A stretch of DNA of 64,000 nucleotides from an uncultured Candidatus Poseidoniales archaeon (GTDB lineage: Archaea > Thermoplasmatota > Poseidoniia > Poseidoniales > Poseidoniaceae). Below are positions 54,191 to 63,346 of this stretch, in pieces (the stretch's first letter is position 1; the number at the start of each line of letters is the position of its first letter). The notes under the pieces were generated by a model. The model saw nothing but the letters and a program-made list of their open reading frames with translations. It searched no databases and was not told the DNA's origin. Position numbers and translations under genes: made by a program. The stretch covers positions 2,969 through 66,968 of the forward strand of contig CAXEMN010000004.1 of assembly GCA_963997415.1 (NCBI GenBank), read 5' to 3'.

Positions 54191-55075
54191 ATGATGGCGG
54201 ATGACTCTGATTTTGACGAGCGGCGAGAAGCCCTCAAAGCCCGTGTTCAAGCCCAAATCGAAGCTTCAAAAGAAGCTAAATTAGAACGTCAACAAAACGC
54301 TTCTGAAGAACTTGTGGTCGATGAATCCGATTTGAACGATGCCATTGCCCAAGCCAATGAAGAATTCAACGAGCATATGGCATCGATGGAAAATGCCAAC
54401 GCCTCCCAACTACGAACGCTTGCTGCATCCCTCATTCTTGTCGGTAGCATCCTTGGAATGGCGTCTGGCGGATTGATTCTCCAAGGCAATCCTGCAGATC
54501 TCATCAACGCATTTAGCGTGATTGGGAACGATGAATCGGTCGACGTTTCGGGAATTGTCCTCGAACCAGACGGGAGTGCGGTCGCGGACGTCAATGTGGA
54601 GTTGATGAACGTAGACTCCGGCGAAGTGATCGGTTTAACAACGACGGATTCCAATGGCTATTTTTGGTTCAAATCGATCGACGTCACAGAATTACAACTG
54701 ACATTCACGCTCGATGGTCATACAACCGTCGAACGGATCTTCATTCCCGATGGAGCACAAATCAAGCCAATCACGCTCCGTGAAGGAACCGGTACCGTTG
54801 TCGAAAATGAAATCGTTTCAAGGGACGGTTGGAATACAGAAAACGCAGTTGCATTATCTACCGCAGTTGGCGTGTTGACCGTGCTCACTGGCTTGATTGG
54901 GGTGCAATCAGCAGTCGAGGCTCGAAGGGCAAAACGATACAGACGAACCCAGTACCTCGCTGGCCTTGCCCTGTTTAGCAGGGGCCTGATTATCTTTGGA
55001 CCTGCTTTGATCCTTGCAGGCATGATGTTACTCATGAAGAGTCGTGATCAATTTTCCGATGTAGGCGGTGAGTGA
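54191..55075 (+). CDS. Membrane protein with a carboxypeptidase-regulatory-like (transthyretin-like) domain
   Basis: VSGIVLEPDGSAVADVNV...TTTDSNGYF; N-terminal coiled coil and about three TM helices. Confidence 0.75.
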   Translation: MMADDSDFDERREALKARVQAQIEASKEAKLERQQNASEELVVDESDLNDAIAQANEEFNEHMASMENANASQLRTLAASLILVGSILGMASGGLILQGNPADLINAFSVIGNDESVDVSGIVLEPDGSAVADVNVELMNVDSGEVIGLTTTDSNGYFWFKSIDVTELQLTFTLDGHTTVERIFIPDGAQIKPITLREGTGTVVENEIVSRDGWNTENAVALSTAVGVLTVLTGLIGVQSAVEARRAKRYRRTQYLAGLALFSRGLIIFGPALILAGMMLLMKSRDQFSDVGGE

Positions 55076-56428
55076 ATGTACCTGATCAGCGTCGAGGGCG
55101 GCGATGGTTCTGGGAAGGGTGAAGCTGCTCGTTTACTGCTTGAATTAGCAGCGGAATTTCCGTTCCCTCAAATCCATGCCACACACGAGCCAAGGAGACA
55201 CAGTGAACTTGGTAAGTTGGCACTTACATCTGTAAAATTAGGCGATAAGACACCGTTGGAAGAAGCAGGTCTTTTTGCCGCAGATCGACTTGACCATTCA
55301 CACACATGGATCCGGCCTTTGCTTCAGCAAGGCCATATTGTCATTTCAGACCGCAACATCCACTCATCACTCATCTACCAGGGTGTTGTTGGCAATCTTG
55401 GGGTTGAACAGGTCGCAAAAATGAACGCTGCTGCGATGGTCCCAGACCTTGTGTTGTGGATCGATTGTGACCCTGCCAAAGCGATAAAACGTATTCGAAC
55501 CGGCACATTGCGAATGACGAGTGAGAAGCAAGAGTATTTCGAAACCCCCGAAATTCAAACGACAATTCGCCAAGGTTTCAACGACCTTTTGTCGGGAAAA
55601 ATCACAGTACCTGCGCCTTTTGACAAGTGCTGCGTCGTGGGCCCGATTCTCAATGAAGGTGGATTGGATGATTTGAAGAAAAAATTGAGGACCGAACTTC
55701 GCGCCTTCTTCAACCGAAAGCCGACACCACTCAATGTTGATCCAGATGAAGTTGATCGCCATCTGTTGAGCACCTTAGTCCGGGATGTCAAAAAACAAAC
55801 GCGACTCCCTGGTGCCCCTCAAGAGAGAACTGCGATTCACATCGGTTGGCTATCAGGCCGTTCCCCCTCACAATGGATGCAAGAGGCAGAAGACAAGTGG
55901 CCTGTTGAAAGTGCCCGTGCATACGATGTCCCTGCCACCCCACATGCACAATCATGTTGGTCTGTTCTTGGCACCCTCTCGCTGATTGTCGGGTCAAGTG
56001 AAGTGCCTCGACTCCACCGCGCTTTTGGACCTCATAGGATGGTAACCCAACGGCACACGCAACGACTCGTCAAGTGGTTGGAAGAAGAACGTTGGATCCA
56101 TAAACAACAATCTCACGTTCCTTTTGCTGAGGCCCAAGTGTTCAAACTTCGAGATGAACGGCTCGGTTATGGTCGCCTAGCACTGGCCATGTGGCCCCTA
56201 CGTGCCCAACTCGCCTCATGGCGAAGAGCCAATCCCAAGGCAAACTGGAGTCATGCCTTGTCCGCAATTGCATCCCCCGAAGATGGTAGGACGCCTCCGC
56301 CAGCCGTTCGTAAAGGACTTGAAGACATCATGAAACGACTTCACATGCTTTCCAGTGGACATGAGCATTGCCCCGTCCCAAATTCACTTGAGGAATTGCT
56401 GGCATGGTGGCAAATCCCACCACCGTGA
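55076..56428 (+). CDS. tmk: Thymidylate kinase with a long C-terminal extension
   Basis: ISVEGGDGSGK; THEP; LFAADRLDH; VISDR...SSLIYQG; PDLVLWID; about 230 extra C-terminal residues. Confidence 0.85.
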   Translation: MYLISVEGGDGSGKGEAARLLLELAAEFPFPQIHATHEPRRHSELGKLALTSVKLGDKTPLEEAGLFAADRLDHSHTWIRPLLQQGHIVISDRNIHSSLIYQGVVGNLGVEQVAKMNAAAMVPDLVLWIDCDPAKAIKRIRTGTLRMTSEKQEYFETPEIQTTIRQGFNDLLSGKITVPAPFDKCCVVGPILNEGGLDDLKKKLRTELRAFFNRKPTPLNVDPDEVDRHLLSTLVRDVKKQTRLPGAPQERTAIHIGWLSGRSPSQWMQEAEDKWPVESARAYDVPATPHAQSCWSVLGTLSLIVGSSEVPRLHRAFGPHRMVTQRHTQRLVKWLEEERWIHKQQSHVPFAEAQVFKLRDERLGYGRLALAMWPLRAQLASWRRANPKANWSHALSAIASPEDGRTPPPAVRKGLEDIMKRLHMLSSGHEHCPVPNSLEELLAWWQIPPP

Positions 56429-57211
56429 TTACTCTTCTTCGGATTTCAATTGAAACCTTGCATTGCCTGGAAGGACGACATCCGAGGCATGGTCGAATTT
56501 TTCTGCACGAGCGCCAATCGATGCTCCAATCAAAATGGCCAAACCTAGTCCAAACGGAGCCCCTGTCAGGGGCCTTGTGAGATTATTCGATTCATAGCCG
56601 GTCAACAGTTGGGTAAAACCATCAATGATCAATGGCATACACAAAACGATACCACAAGCAAGCCAAGCCAGTGTTCTGCGGTTTTTGACATAGACATCCA
56701 CCAACCATTCATCTGGCAGCAACGAGAGGCAAGTATCTCGCACTGTCCACCGATTATACGAGCGCCTCGAGAAGAGAACACCCCCCATCATCAAACCAAA
56801 GAAAATGCCGACATCACGCGTGCAAACTGGCATTTGATTGCCACCGATCATCCATGAACGTTCATGATTTTGGTGGCAATTCAGATCCGCAAAGGCATAG
56901 ATAAAACCGGTGTAAAGGTCCAATTCACTCCAACTGAAGTGATCGTGTTGGTGAAGTGTTCCGTCAGCATGCTCATGAAGTGACCCCTGTGGAGAATTAC
57001 CGTATGAATTCGAACCGTCTTTGGATGCAAAGTCAAACGTATTTGCTCTGCCGTTGATATCAACGACCGTCCCCTCAGGGAGGATTAATGGTGCAGCGAA
57101 GAAGGAAAAGAAAAAGAATCCAGATATTCCTGCAATCCACAGGCCAATTTTCCGCTCCCTTAAGCGGTGTTCGAGCCCGTTTTTCTCCACGTTCCTACTA
57201 AACGAATTCAA
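56429..57211 (-). CDS. DUF2085-like membrane protein
   Basis: CHQNHERSW...QMPVCTRDVGI; PLIIDGFTQL...ESNNLTR.LTG. Confidence 0.82.
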   Translation of the reverse strand: MNSFSRNVEKNGLEHRLRERKIGLWIAGISGFFFFSFFAAPLILPEGTVVDINGRANTFDFASKDGSNSYGNSPQGSLHEHADGTLHQHDHFSWSELDLYTGFIYAFADLNCHQNHERSWMIGGNQMPVCTRDVGIFFGLMMGGVLFSRRSYNRWTVRDTCLSLLPDEWLVDVYVKNRRTLAWLACGIVLCMPLIIDGFTQLLTGYESNNLTRPLTGAPFGLGLAILIGASIGARAEKFDHASDVVLPGNARFQLKSEEE

Positions 57212-57273
57212 TAGATATAGTTTGGTACCAAACAGTGGGAGGCTTGATGTGCATCCGCCTTAGAACAACAACC

Positions 57274-57906
57274 ATGGAGCTTGAGGAGGGTGAGCCAGTT
57301 GGCCTCGTCACAGGCCTTCAAGCAGGGGCCTTTTTGGGACTTTATCTTGGATTCAGTCTTGCGGTGATCTCGGTGCTGACCGACCCCACGCAGCTCAAGC
57401 GTTTAGGCGGACTCATGTGCACCCCTCCAGTGCTTGGAGCTGTGTGCTTGGGACCTTTTTTGGCCCGGCGCAGAAAACCTGTCGACCTTGGAAAGCGCCC
57501 ACTTTCCCACGCAAGAGAAACATTGGCTTCGTTCAACGAAGGTCAAGGCCGATGGCGAGTGCTCAGTCATGTGAAGAGCGATGGCATGTCCATTCGGATC
57601 GATATGCACGACCTTACAAATTTACGTGGGGTTGTTGATGCGGCACTTCCTTTATCCAATCATTGTTCAGTCAAATTCATTGTTGGCCGAGGCGTACAAA
57701 CCTCTCGTCAACCTGAATTAAGGCAACGTGTGCTTGAATTGGTGGAGGAACGTGTGGTTTTGACTCGGAGAAAAAGAACAGCAAAGTCAATCGAGATTTC
57801 GCCCATTCCAACAGTCAAGTATGTCGACCAACAAAGGAAGATTAACCGGGCCTTGTTGATTCTTTTACCGATTTTCTCGTTCTTTGCTTGGCTTGAAATG
57901 AAATAA
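57274..57906 (+). CDS. Membrane-anchored Smr-domain-like protein
   Basis: Two N-terminal TM helices, IRIDMHDL...VKFIVGRG.QTS..PELRQRV, one C-terminal TM helix. Confidence 0.65.
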   Translation: MELEEGEPVGLVTGLQAGAFLGLYLGFSLAVISVLTDPTQLKRLGGLMCTPPVLGAVCLGPFLARRRKPVDLGKRPLSHARETLASFNEGQGRWRVLSHVKSDGMSIRIDMHDLTNLRGVVDAALPLSNHCSVKFIVGRGVQTSRQPELRQRVLELVEERVVLTRRKRTAKSIEISPIPTVKYVDQQRKINRALLILLPIFSFFAWLEMK

Positions 57907-57954
57907 ATAGTTCACCGCAGTAGAATTTAAGCACCCAACTACGCTAACATCTCC

Positions 57955-58878
57955 ATGCGCGAGGTCACCTTCTTTTGGAAGCGGTCAAATGTCAGCCACC
58001 TCGTGACTGGGCCAATCACTGAAGTAATACAAAGCATGTACTTCATCTCATACGCCCGAAGAGTTCCTAAGGATATTCGATGTATTTTCAAAGTCCACTT
58101 CCAGCCTGGAATGGGTCCAGCGGACATCGAACGGATCGGTTTCATTGAACTGATTGAAGTGCTCATGGATGCTGAAAATGATGGCGATGGGACAATCCTT
58201 CTTGCACGTTTAAGCCACCCTGCATCTAACCTAAGCGCAAGAATCAATGGCACTTCAGCAGTTCCAGGGGCCTGTTTTCTAGACGGCGAGGGGATCACCT
58301 ATACCATACAAGGCCCACCCATTAGTCTGCGTCTGTTCAGTGGGTTTTTGCGCATGATTGCAAAACCAGATCGGACAAGTGCAAGGAGTGTGAAATTTGC
58401 TGTGAATGAAGAAAACGGTGCGCTGTCTCGCAAACAACTCAAACTTGCCAAATTCGCCTACGATCGAGGCTATTTCGATACGCCAAAGCGAATTCGAATC
58501 GCCGAATTAGCCCAAGAACTCGGCTTAGCACGAGCCACCATCTCTGAGCACATGGCACGCATTGAATCTACAATTATGGACGACATGTTTTCTTCATTTT
58601 CTGAAATCTATGTGCCGCCAGAAACACTCAGAGAATTGCTTGAGGTGGTGGCCGATGATCATGATGATTCGAAAAATCAAGACAAAGATGCATACCGTGC
58701 TGTCATGCAACAAATTCGCACCTCGGTTCAGGACGAATTATCGAGAATCGAGATCGTTGAAGAAAACCAAATGGATGTCCAAGCCTATGTCGAAGAATCG
58801 ATGAGAGCACACAAAGAAAACATCACCTACATCGATGACCTGACTGCCAATAAAAACAATGGAATCAATCAACTTTGA
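57955..58878 (+). CDS. Bat-like HTH_10 transcriptional regulator
   Basis: LSRKQLKLAKFAYDRGYFDTPKRIRIAELAQELGLARATISEHMARIE. Confidence 0.88.
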   Translation: MREVTFFWKRSNVSHLVTGPITEVIQSMYFISYARRVPKDIRCIFKVHFQPGMGPADIERIGFIELIEVLMDAENDGDGTILLARLSHPASNLSARINGTSAVPGACFLDGEGITYTIQGPPISLRLFSGFLRMIAKPDRTSARSVKFAVNEENGALSRKQLKLAKFAYDRGYFDTPKRIRIAELAQELGLARATISEHMARIESTIMDDMFSSFSEIYVPPETLRELLEVVADDHDDSKNQDKDAYRAVMQQIRTSVQDELSRIEIVEENQMDVQAYVEESMRAHKENITYIDDLTANKNNGINQL

Positions 58879-58916
58879 GCCGATGCTTTACATGGGCCGG
58901 CGAATCTGTGCAGTTC

Positions 58917-59894
58917 ATGACCGACATAGCGGGGTTGCTGCGACGTTTGGAAAAGGGCGGTATTCCGATGACGGCCTCTATTCGTGAAGCAATGCTGAAC
59001 GTGGAAATTGAGGATTTCACAGATTATGAAACAGAACCGTTCTATGTTGACCGCCCTGTGCCATTTATGGAAACTGATGCAGGTGCAGTGAAGACAATCT
59101 CAGCACCGCACATGGTGGCCACTTTACTCCACCACATGGAACTAAACTCCGGTGATGATGTCGTCATTGTTGGAGCCAAAGGAGGTTACATTGCAGCACT
59201 GATCGCCACCATCGTCGGAGAACACGGCTTTGTGCGCGTGCTCGATCCTTCGCAAGATGCGGTGCTCCATGTTCGCCAGCGACTTACACATTGGCCAACG
59301 GTTGAAGTGCGCGAGTTAGAATCAGTCGATGTCGCCCCTGTCGCTTTCCCTGGTGACCTGCACCGAGTTCTCGTCACGGGCCAAATCAATTCACTTCCAC
59401 ATTGGATTTCTGACCGAGTCATCGAGGGCGGCTTTATCTTAGCACCACTTGGTCCGAAAAGTAGCCAACAACTCATGAAAATGGAACTTCAAGATGGAGA
59501 ATTGATGCCAACCGATCTTGGCCCCGTGGCCTTTGGGCCTGTCGATGTCCGTCGAGGAGAGCCTGGTCCTATGAGTGCTGATGAACTTGCAGACATGATT
59601 GAATTGACGATACAAACATGTGAGGATTTAGGTTTGATTGAAGATGATGAACGTCATGCAATGCAAGACTTGGTCGTCAATCTTAGGAATCTACCCGATG
59701 ACTTGCCACCACCTGGAGAAGGCATGATACCGATGGAAGAGCACCCAATGATTCAGTTGATGTGGGAAGCTGCACCATCGTTCTTCCGATTGTGGCCCAT
59801 GCTACAAACGATGCTGCACCCGAACCTCGCCCAACCAGGAGCAGAGGATTGGGACGATGAAAACGAGAGCGATGATGGTGAATTCAAACCCTAA
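58917..59894 (+). CDS. Protein-L-isoaspartate O-methyltransferase-like protein with an acidic C-terminal domain
   Basis: KTISAPHMVA; VVIVGAKGGYIAA (divergent motif I); GGFILAPLG; VAFGP. Confidence 0.75.
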   Translation: MTDIAGLLRRLEKGGIPMTASIREAMLNVEIEDFTDYETEPFYVDRPVPFMETDAGAVKTISAPHMVATLLHHMELNSGDDVVIVGAKGGYIAALIATIVGEHGFVRVLDPSQDAVLHVRQRLTHWPTVEVRELESVDVAPVAFPGDLHRVLVTGQINSLPHWISDRVIEGGFILAPLGPKSSQQLMKMELQDGELMPTDLGPVAFGPVDVRRGEPGPMSADELADMIELTIQTCEDLGLIEDDERHAMQDLVVNLRNLPDDLPPPGEGMIPMEEHPMIQLMWEAAPSFFRLWPMLQTMLHPNLAQPGAEDWDDENESDDGEFKP

Positions 59895-59947
59895 ATCGAT
59901 TGATAACAATACCACAGGCCTATGAACATGGGCTCGCTGGAGAAAAC

Positions 59948-60946
59948 ATGGCTGGTGGCTTGGACGGTGAAATCTCCAAACTTCGGCACAAGGATGTTCG
60001 TCAACGAAGACGAGCAGTCCGTGTCCTTTTCGATACGGACTTGCCTCGTGCCTTGGAAGGGTTTGTCCCACTGCTGAATGATCGTGACCCATGGTTCCGT
60101 TCTAAAGCCCTTGATGCACATCGTCGTTGGGCTCCTTTGCAAGGCCCTTCAGCACTCAAGGTCCTTGCAGAGCACTCTTCTATAGAGGCAAGGCGATGCG
60201 CTGCTAACCTTTTGTCCGAATTCAATGAAGATGTCTCAGAAATTGCGCTTCTCATGATTGATGATGAGGACCTCACCTGTCGAAGAAAAAGCGCATCTGC
60301 CCTCCTTGACAGCGCACAGGCAAGTGAATATGTTGAACGATTCCTCGCCTCCGAAGACGCCTATTTGCGGCGATTGGCCGTGTCGAGCAAGGGTGCAACA
60401 CATGAACACAGAACACTTGGCATTCGAGACAAAAACCAATCTGTTTGTGAAGCTGCGCTGCAATCGATGAACGAATTGAATGAACCCCTCGACAGCGAGG
60501 ATCTCCTCATGCTCATGGACCAAGGCATCACTGGGCCATCATTGATTCATTCAGTGATGGAATCAGATGGAGAAGCCCTGGTGAAGTTTGCTATGGCTGC
60601 AAAAGGGCCAACGATGAAGAAATTCGTTAAGGCACTCAAAGAGAGGTGTGATTCTCCAGAAGATCGGCTCATTAAAACCCTAAGGGATGCAGAAGAATGG
60701 ATTGTCGTAGGGCGATGGCTCCAAGGTTTGCGTGGTGAAGAACACGACGCATTGAGATGGGAACTGATTCGGAACCCAAACGTCGACCAAATCGAGCGAA
60801 GCAGATGGATTGAACGTTTAATTGGACGCTGTGATGAACCTATATTGGTCGAGGAAGCACGCCGTTTTATCGGCGAAGAGCACCCAGATTTGCTTCTTCA
60901 AGCAGCACAGAACCTTTCTACCGCCTATGACAAACTCGATTTATGA
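59948..60946 (+). CDS. HEAT-repeat protein
   Basis: Repeats such as LRHKDVRQRRRAV, LLNDRDPWFRSKAL, DDEDLTCRRKSA, SEDAYLRRLAV. Confidence 0.8.
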   Translation: MAGGLDGEISKLRHKDVRQRRRAVRVLFDTDLPRALEGFVPLLNDRDPWFRSKALDAHRRWAPLQGPSALKVLAEHSSIEARRCAANLLSEFNEDVSEIALLMIDDEDLTCRRKSASALLDSAQASEYVERFLASEDAYLRRLAVSSKGATHEHRTLGIRDKNQSVCEAALQSMNELNEPLDSEDLLMLMDQGITGPSLIHSVMESDGEALVKFAMAAKGPTMKKFVKALKERCDSPEDRLIKTLRDAEEWIVVGRWLQGLRGEEHDALRWELIRNPNVDQIERSRWIERLIGRCDEPILVEEARRFIGEEHPDLLLQAAQNLSTAYDKLDL

Positions 60947-62778
60947 GCAGCCAAAGTTCAGGGATTCGGTTCCAAATCGATGCCACCAAGGGCCCAACCC
61001 GACGCCTCGATGTCGGCATAGAAATCAACGGGCCATTCACTTCAAGGACTGTGATGTTGCATTTCCCAAGATGGGTCCCTGGATCGTATTTCTTGAGGGA
61101 ACCGATTCAGCACATGACTGAATTTTACGCTGAAACAGATGCAGGGGTACCAGTTGCTCATAAGCGCCACAATGTGGATGCAATGCGTCTCAAACTACCT
61201 GAAAATGCGAGTAAAGTCATTGTTCGGTACAAGCTACTTGCCGATGATCTTTCAGTCCGATCCAATCACCTCGATGAGGGGCATCTCCACATGATGCCGC
61301 CCTTCACCTGGTTCTTGCCGACCAACGGAATCGAAGGGGGACGGTTGGATATGGAACACACCATCGAACTTCACGCCCCTGTCGATTGGATCCCAGCAAC
61401 ACAATATCACCTTGTCAAATCATCAGAAGGAAAAGGAAGCCTCACTGAAAACCATGGGAAAACACATACCTTCACTTGCCCCAATCGAGATGAACTTCTC
61501 GACGGTATTGTCGAAATCAATCCATACCCAATCGACTCTTGGGTCGTGGATGGGCGCACACATCACCTCAAACTGTGGGACAGTGGAGGCCATCCTATCG
61601 ATGAGGCAATGCTTCAGCGATTCAAAGAAGACATGGATCGAATCGTCAAGGAACATCATGCGCTCTTTGGAATACCCTCGTGGGACAATTACATCACAGT
61701 CATCCAGTTAACTGAAAAATCAAGGGGGGGGTTGGAACACCTTAACTCCCAAACTTCGATGCTCCCACGTCAATGCCTTATGCCAGGTCATGACGATGAA
61801 TACAGAGATTTAGTGAGTCTATTCAGTCATGAATACCTCCATCAGTGGAATGTAAAACGACTTCGCCCTCGAAGCTTCTTGGATTACGACTTGCAAACAG
61901 AAGGCCATTCTGATCTTCTATGGTGGTTTGAAGGAGGAACCTCCTGGCTTGGAGACATGTTGTGCGTTCGCTCGGGCGCTTGGTCTGAAGAAGATTGGCG
62001 CAAGGACTTCCTCAGAAAAATGAAGCGTCACACTGGTCGGCACGGCATGAACTATGAGTCCCTCACCGAATCAAGCCATGATGCTTGGATTCACCTCTAT
62101 CGCGGCCATGCATTCTCTCGTGAAACGCAAATCTCCTACTACCTTGAGGGTGAACTCACCATCATGGAACTCGACATGGAATTGCGCAAACGTTCCAAAG
62201 GGCTGCATGGCATTTGTGATTTGATGGCATTGCTATGTCAACGCCATGGCCTAGAATGCGAACCAACGATGAGGCTGGGCATCACCCACTCAGACATACG
62301 AAAAGCCCTGACCTCAATGAAAGGAGGAAGGCGTCTTGGAACAATGCTTGATGACATGGTCAACCGAAAACAGGCACCTGATATGGAGCGAACTATGGCT
62401 TATTTTGGATTGAAATTGGAACCTGAGCACGCCAGCAAAGAAGGCGAAGTCAAGTCTGGATGGCTTGGCCTTAACCTTTCCAACAAAGCAGGAAAGGTTG
62501 TCATGAGCACACACATGACTGGCAGCCCACTTCGAGCAGTGATGATGCCAGGGGACGAGGTTGTTGCCATCAACGGTGTGAGAACCTCAACAATGAAAAC
62601 CCTGCAGACGGCCTTGAAAGGAAAAATTGGCCAAGAGGTCGAGATCACCTTCACTCATGAGGGCATGCTACGGACATGTTCAATCGAACTTCCAGAAGCT
62701 CCAAAACACAAAGTGAAATTGGCCGGAAAAGGCAACAAAAATTGGCAAAGTTACATTGCTTCTCGCCAAGACAAGTGA
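60943..62778 (+). CDS. M61 glycyl aminopeptidase with C-terminal PDZ domain
   Basis: PRWVPGSY; GGLEHLNS; SHEYLHQWNVKRLRP; LWWFEG; ISYY; PGDEVVAING. Confidence 0.93.
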   Translation: MSSQSSGIRFQIDATKGPTRRLDVGIEINGPFTSRTVMLHFPRWVPGSYFLREPIQHMTEFYAETDAGVPVAHKRHNVDAMRLKLPENASKVIVRYKLLADDLSVRSNHLDEGHLHMMPPFTWFLPTNGIEGGRLDMEHTIELHAPVDWIPATQYHLVKSSEGKGSLTENHGKTHTFTCPNRDELLDGIVEINPYPIDSWVVDGRTHHLKLWDSGGHPIDEAMLQRFKEDMDRIVKEHHALFGIPSWDNYITVIQLTEKSRGGLEHLNSQTSMLPRQCLMPGHDDEYRDLVSLFSHEYLHQWNVKRLRPRSFLDYDLQTEGHSDLLWWFEGGTSWLGDMLCVRSGAWSEEDWRKDFLRKMKRHTGRHGMNYESLTESSHDAWIHLYRGHAFSRETQISYYLEGELTIMELDMELRKRSKGLHGICDLMALLCQRHGLECEPTMRLGITHSDIRKALTSMKGGRRLGTMLDDMVNRKQAPDMERTMAYFGLKLEPEHASKEGEVKSGWLGLNLSNKAGKVVMSTHMTGSPLRAVMMPGDEVVAINGVRTSTMKTLQTALKGKIGQEVEITFTHEGMLRTCSIELPEAPKHKVKLAGKGNKNWQSYIASRQDK

Positions 62779-62838
62779 GTCGAGCACGGCGTTCGAAAGA
62801 AGAATCTGCTCGCCACAAAGACGCTGGTCCTGAGTGAC

Positions 62839-63279
62839 TTATTCCAGAGGCATCGTTGGTGCTGGTTCTGCTAATTGCTCAAGAGGTATGTGGATCGGAG
62901 GCAAATGATCCGCCATGCGATGGCGACTTGTTTTCGCAGGAAACACATGCCCTGAAAGGCTCATGGCAATAACTTCCTCTTTCGTAAGTGATTCAATAGC
63001 AGCTGAAGGCCAAACATCGACTTCAATCCGATCATCATTGAGATAATCAACGGCAATGACTGGAATTTGAGCGAGGTTAAGTTCGCTGGCAATCGAATGG
63101 CGATGATGGCCATCAAGGATTGCACCTGTCACTTTGTCGACGATGAGTGGTTTGGTGTAGCCACCCCAGCGTTTGGTCATCTCGAGGAGTTTGTCACGAT
63201 TACGCGGTTTAATTTCCTCGTGGGGTTTTAGCCATTCCAGTGGCACGAGTTGCACGTCGACTTCATCCCACATTACCAC
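62839..63279 (-). CDS. Stand-alone ParB/Sulfiredoxin-fold protein
   Basis: LKPHEE; PLIVD...ILDGHHR; IPV..VDY; FPAKTSRH. Confidence 0.82.
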   Translation of the reverse strand: MVMWDEVDVQLVPLEWLKPHEEIKPRNRDKLLEMTKRWGGYTKPLIVDKVTGAILDGHHRHSIASELNLAQIPVIAVDYLNDDRIEVDVWPSAAIESLTKEEVIAMSLSGHVFPAKTSRHRMADHLPPIHIPLEQLAEPAPTMPLE

Positions 63280-63346
63280 GAGCGAACGGCTTGTGTGCGA
63301 TAATGCTATTCATTAAGCGTCCATGGTTCACTTCGGAAGGAGGCTC

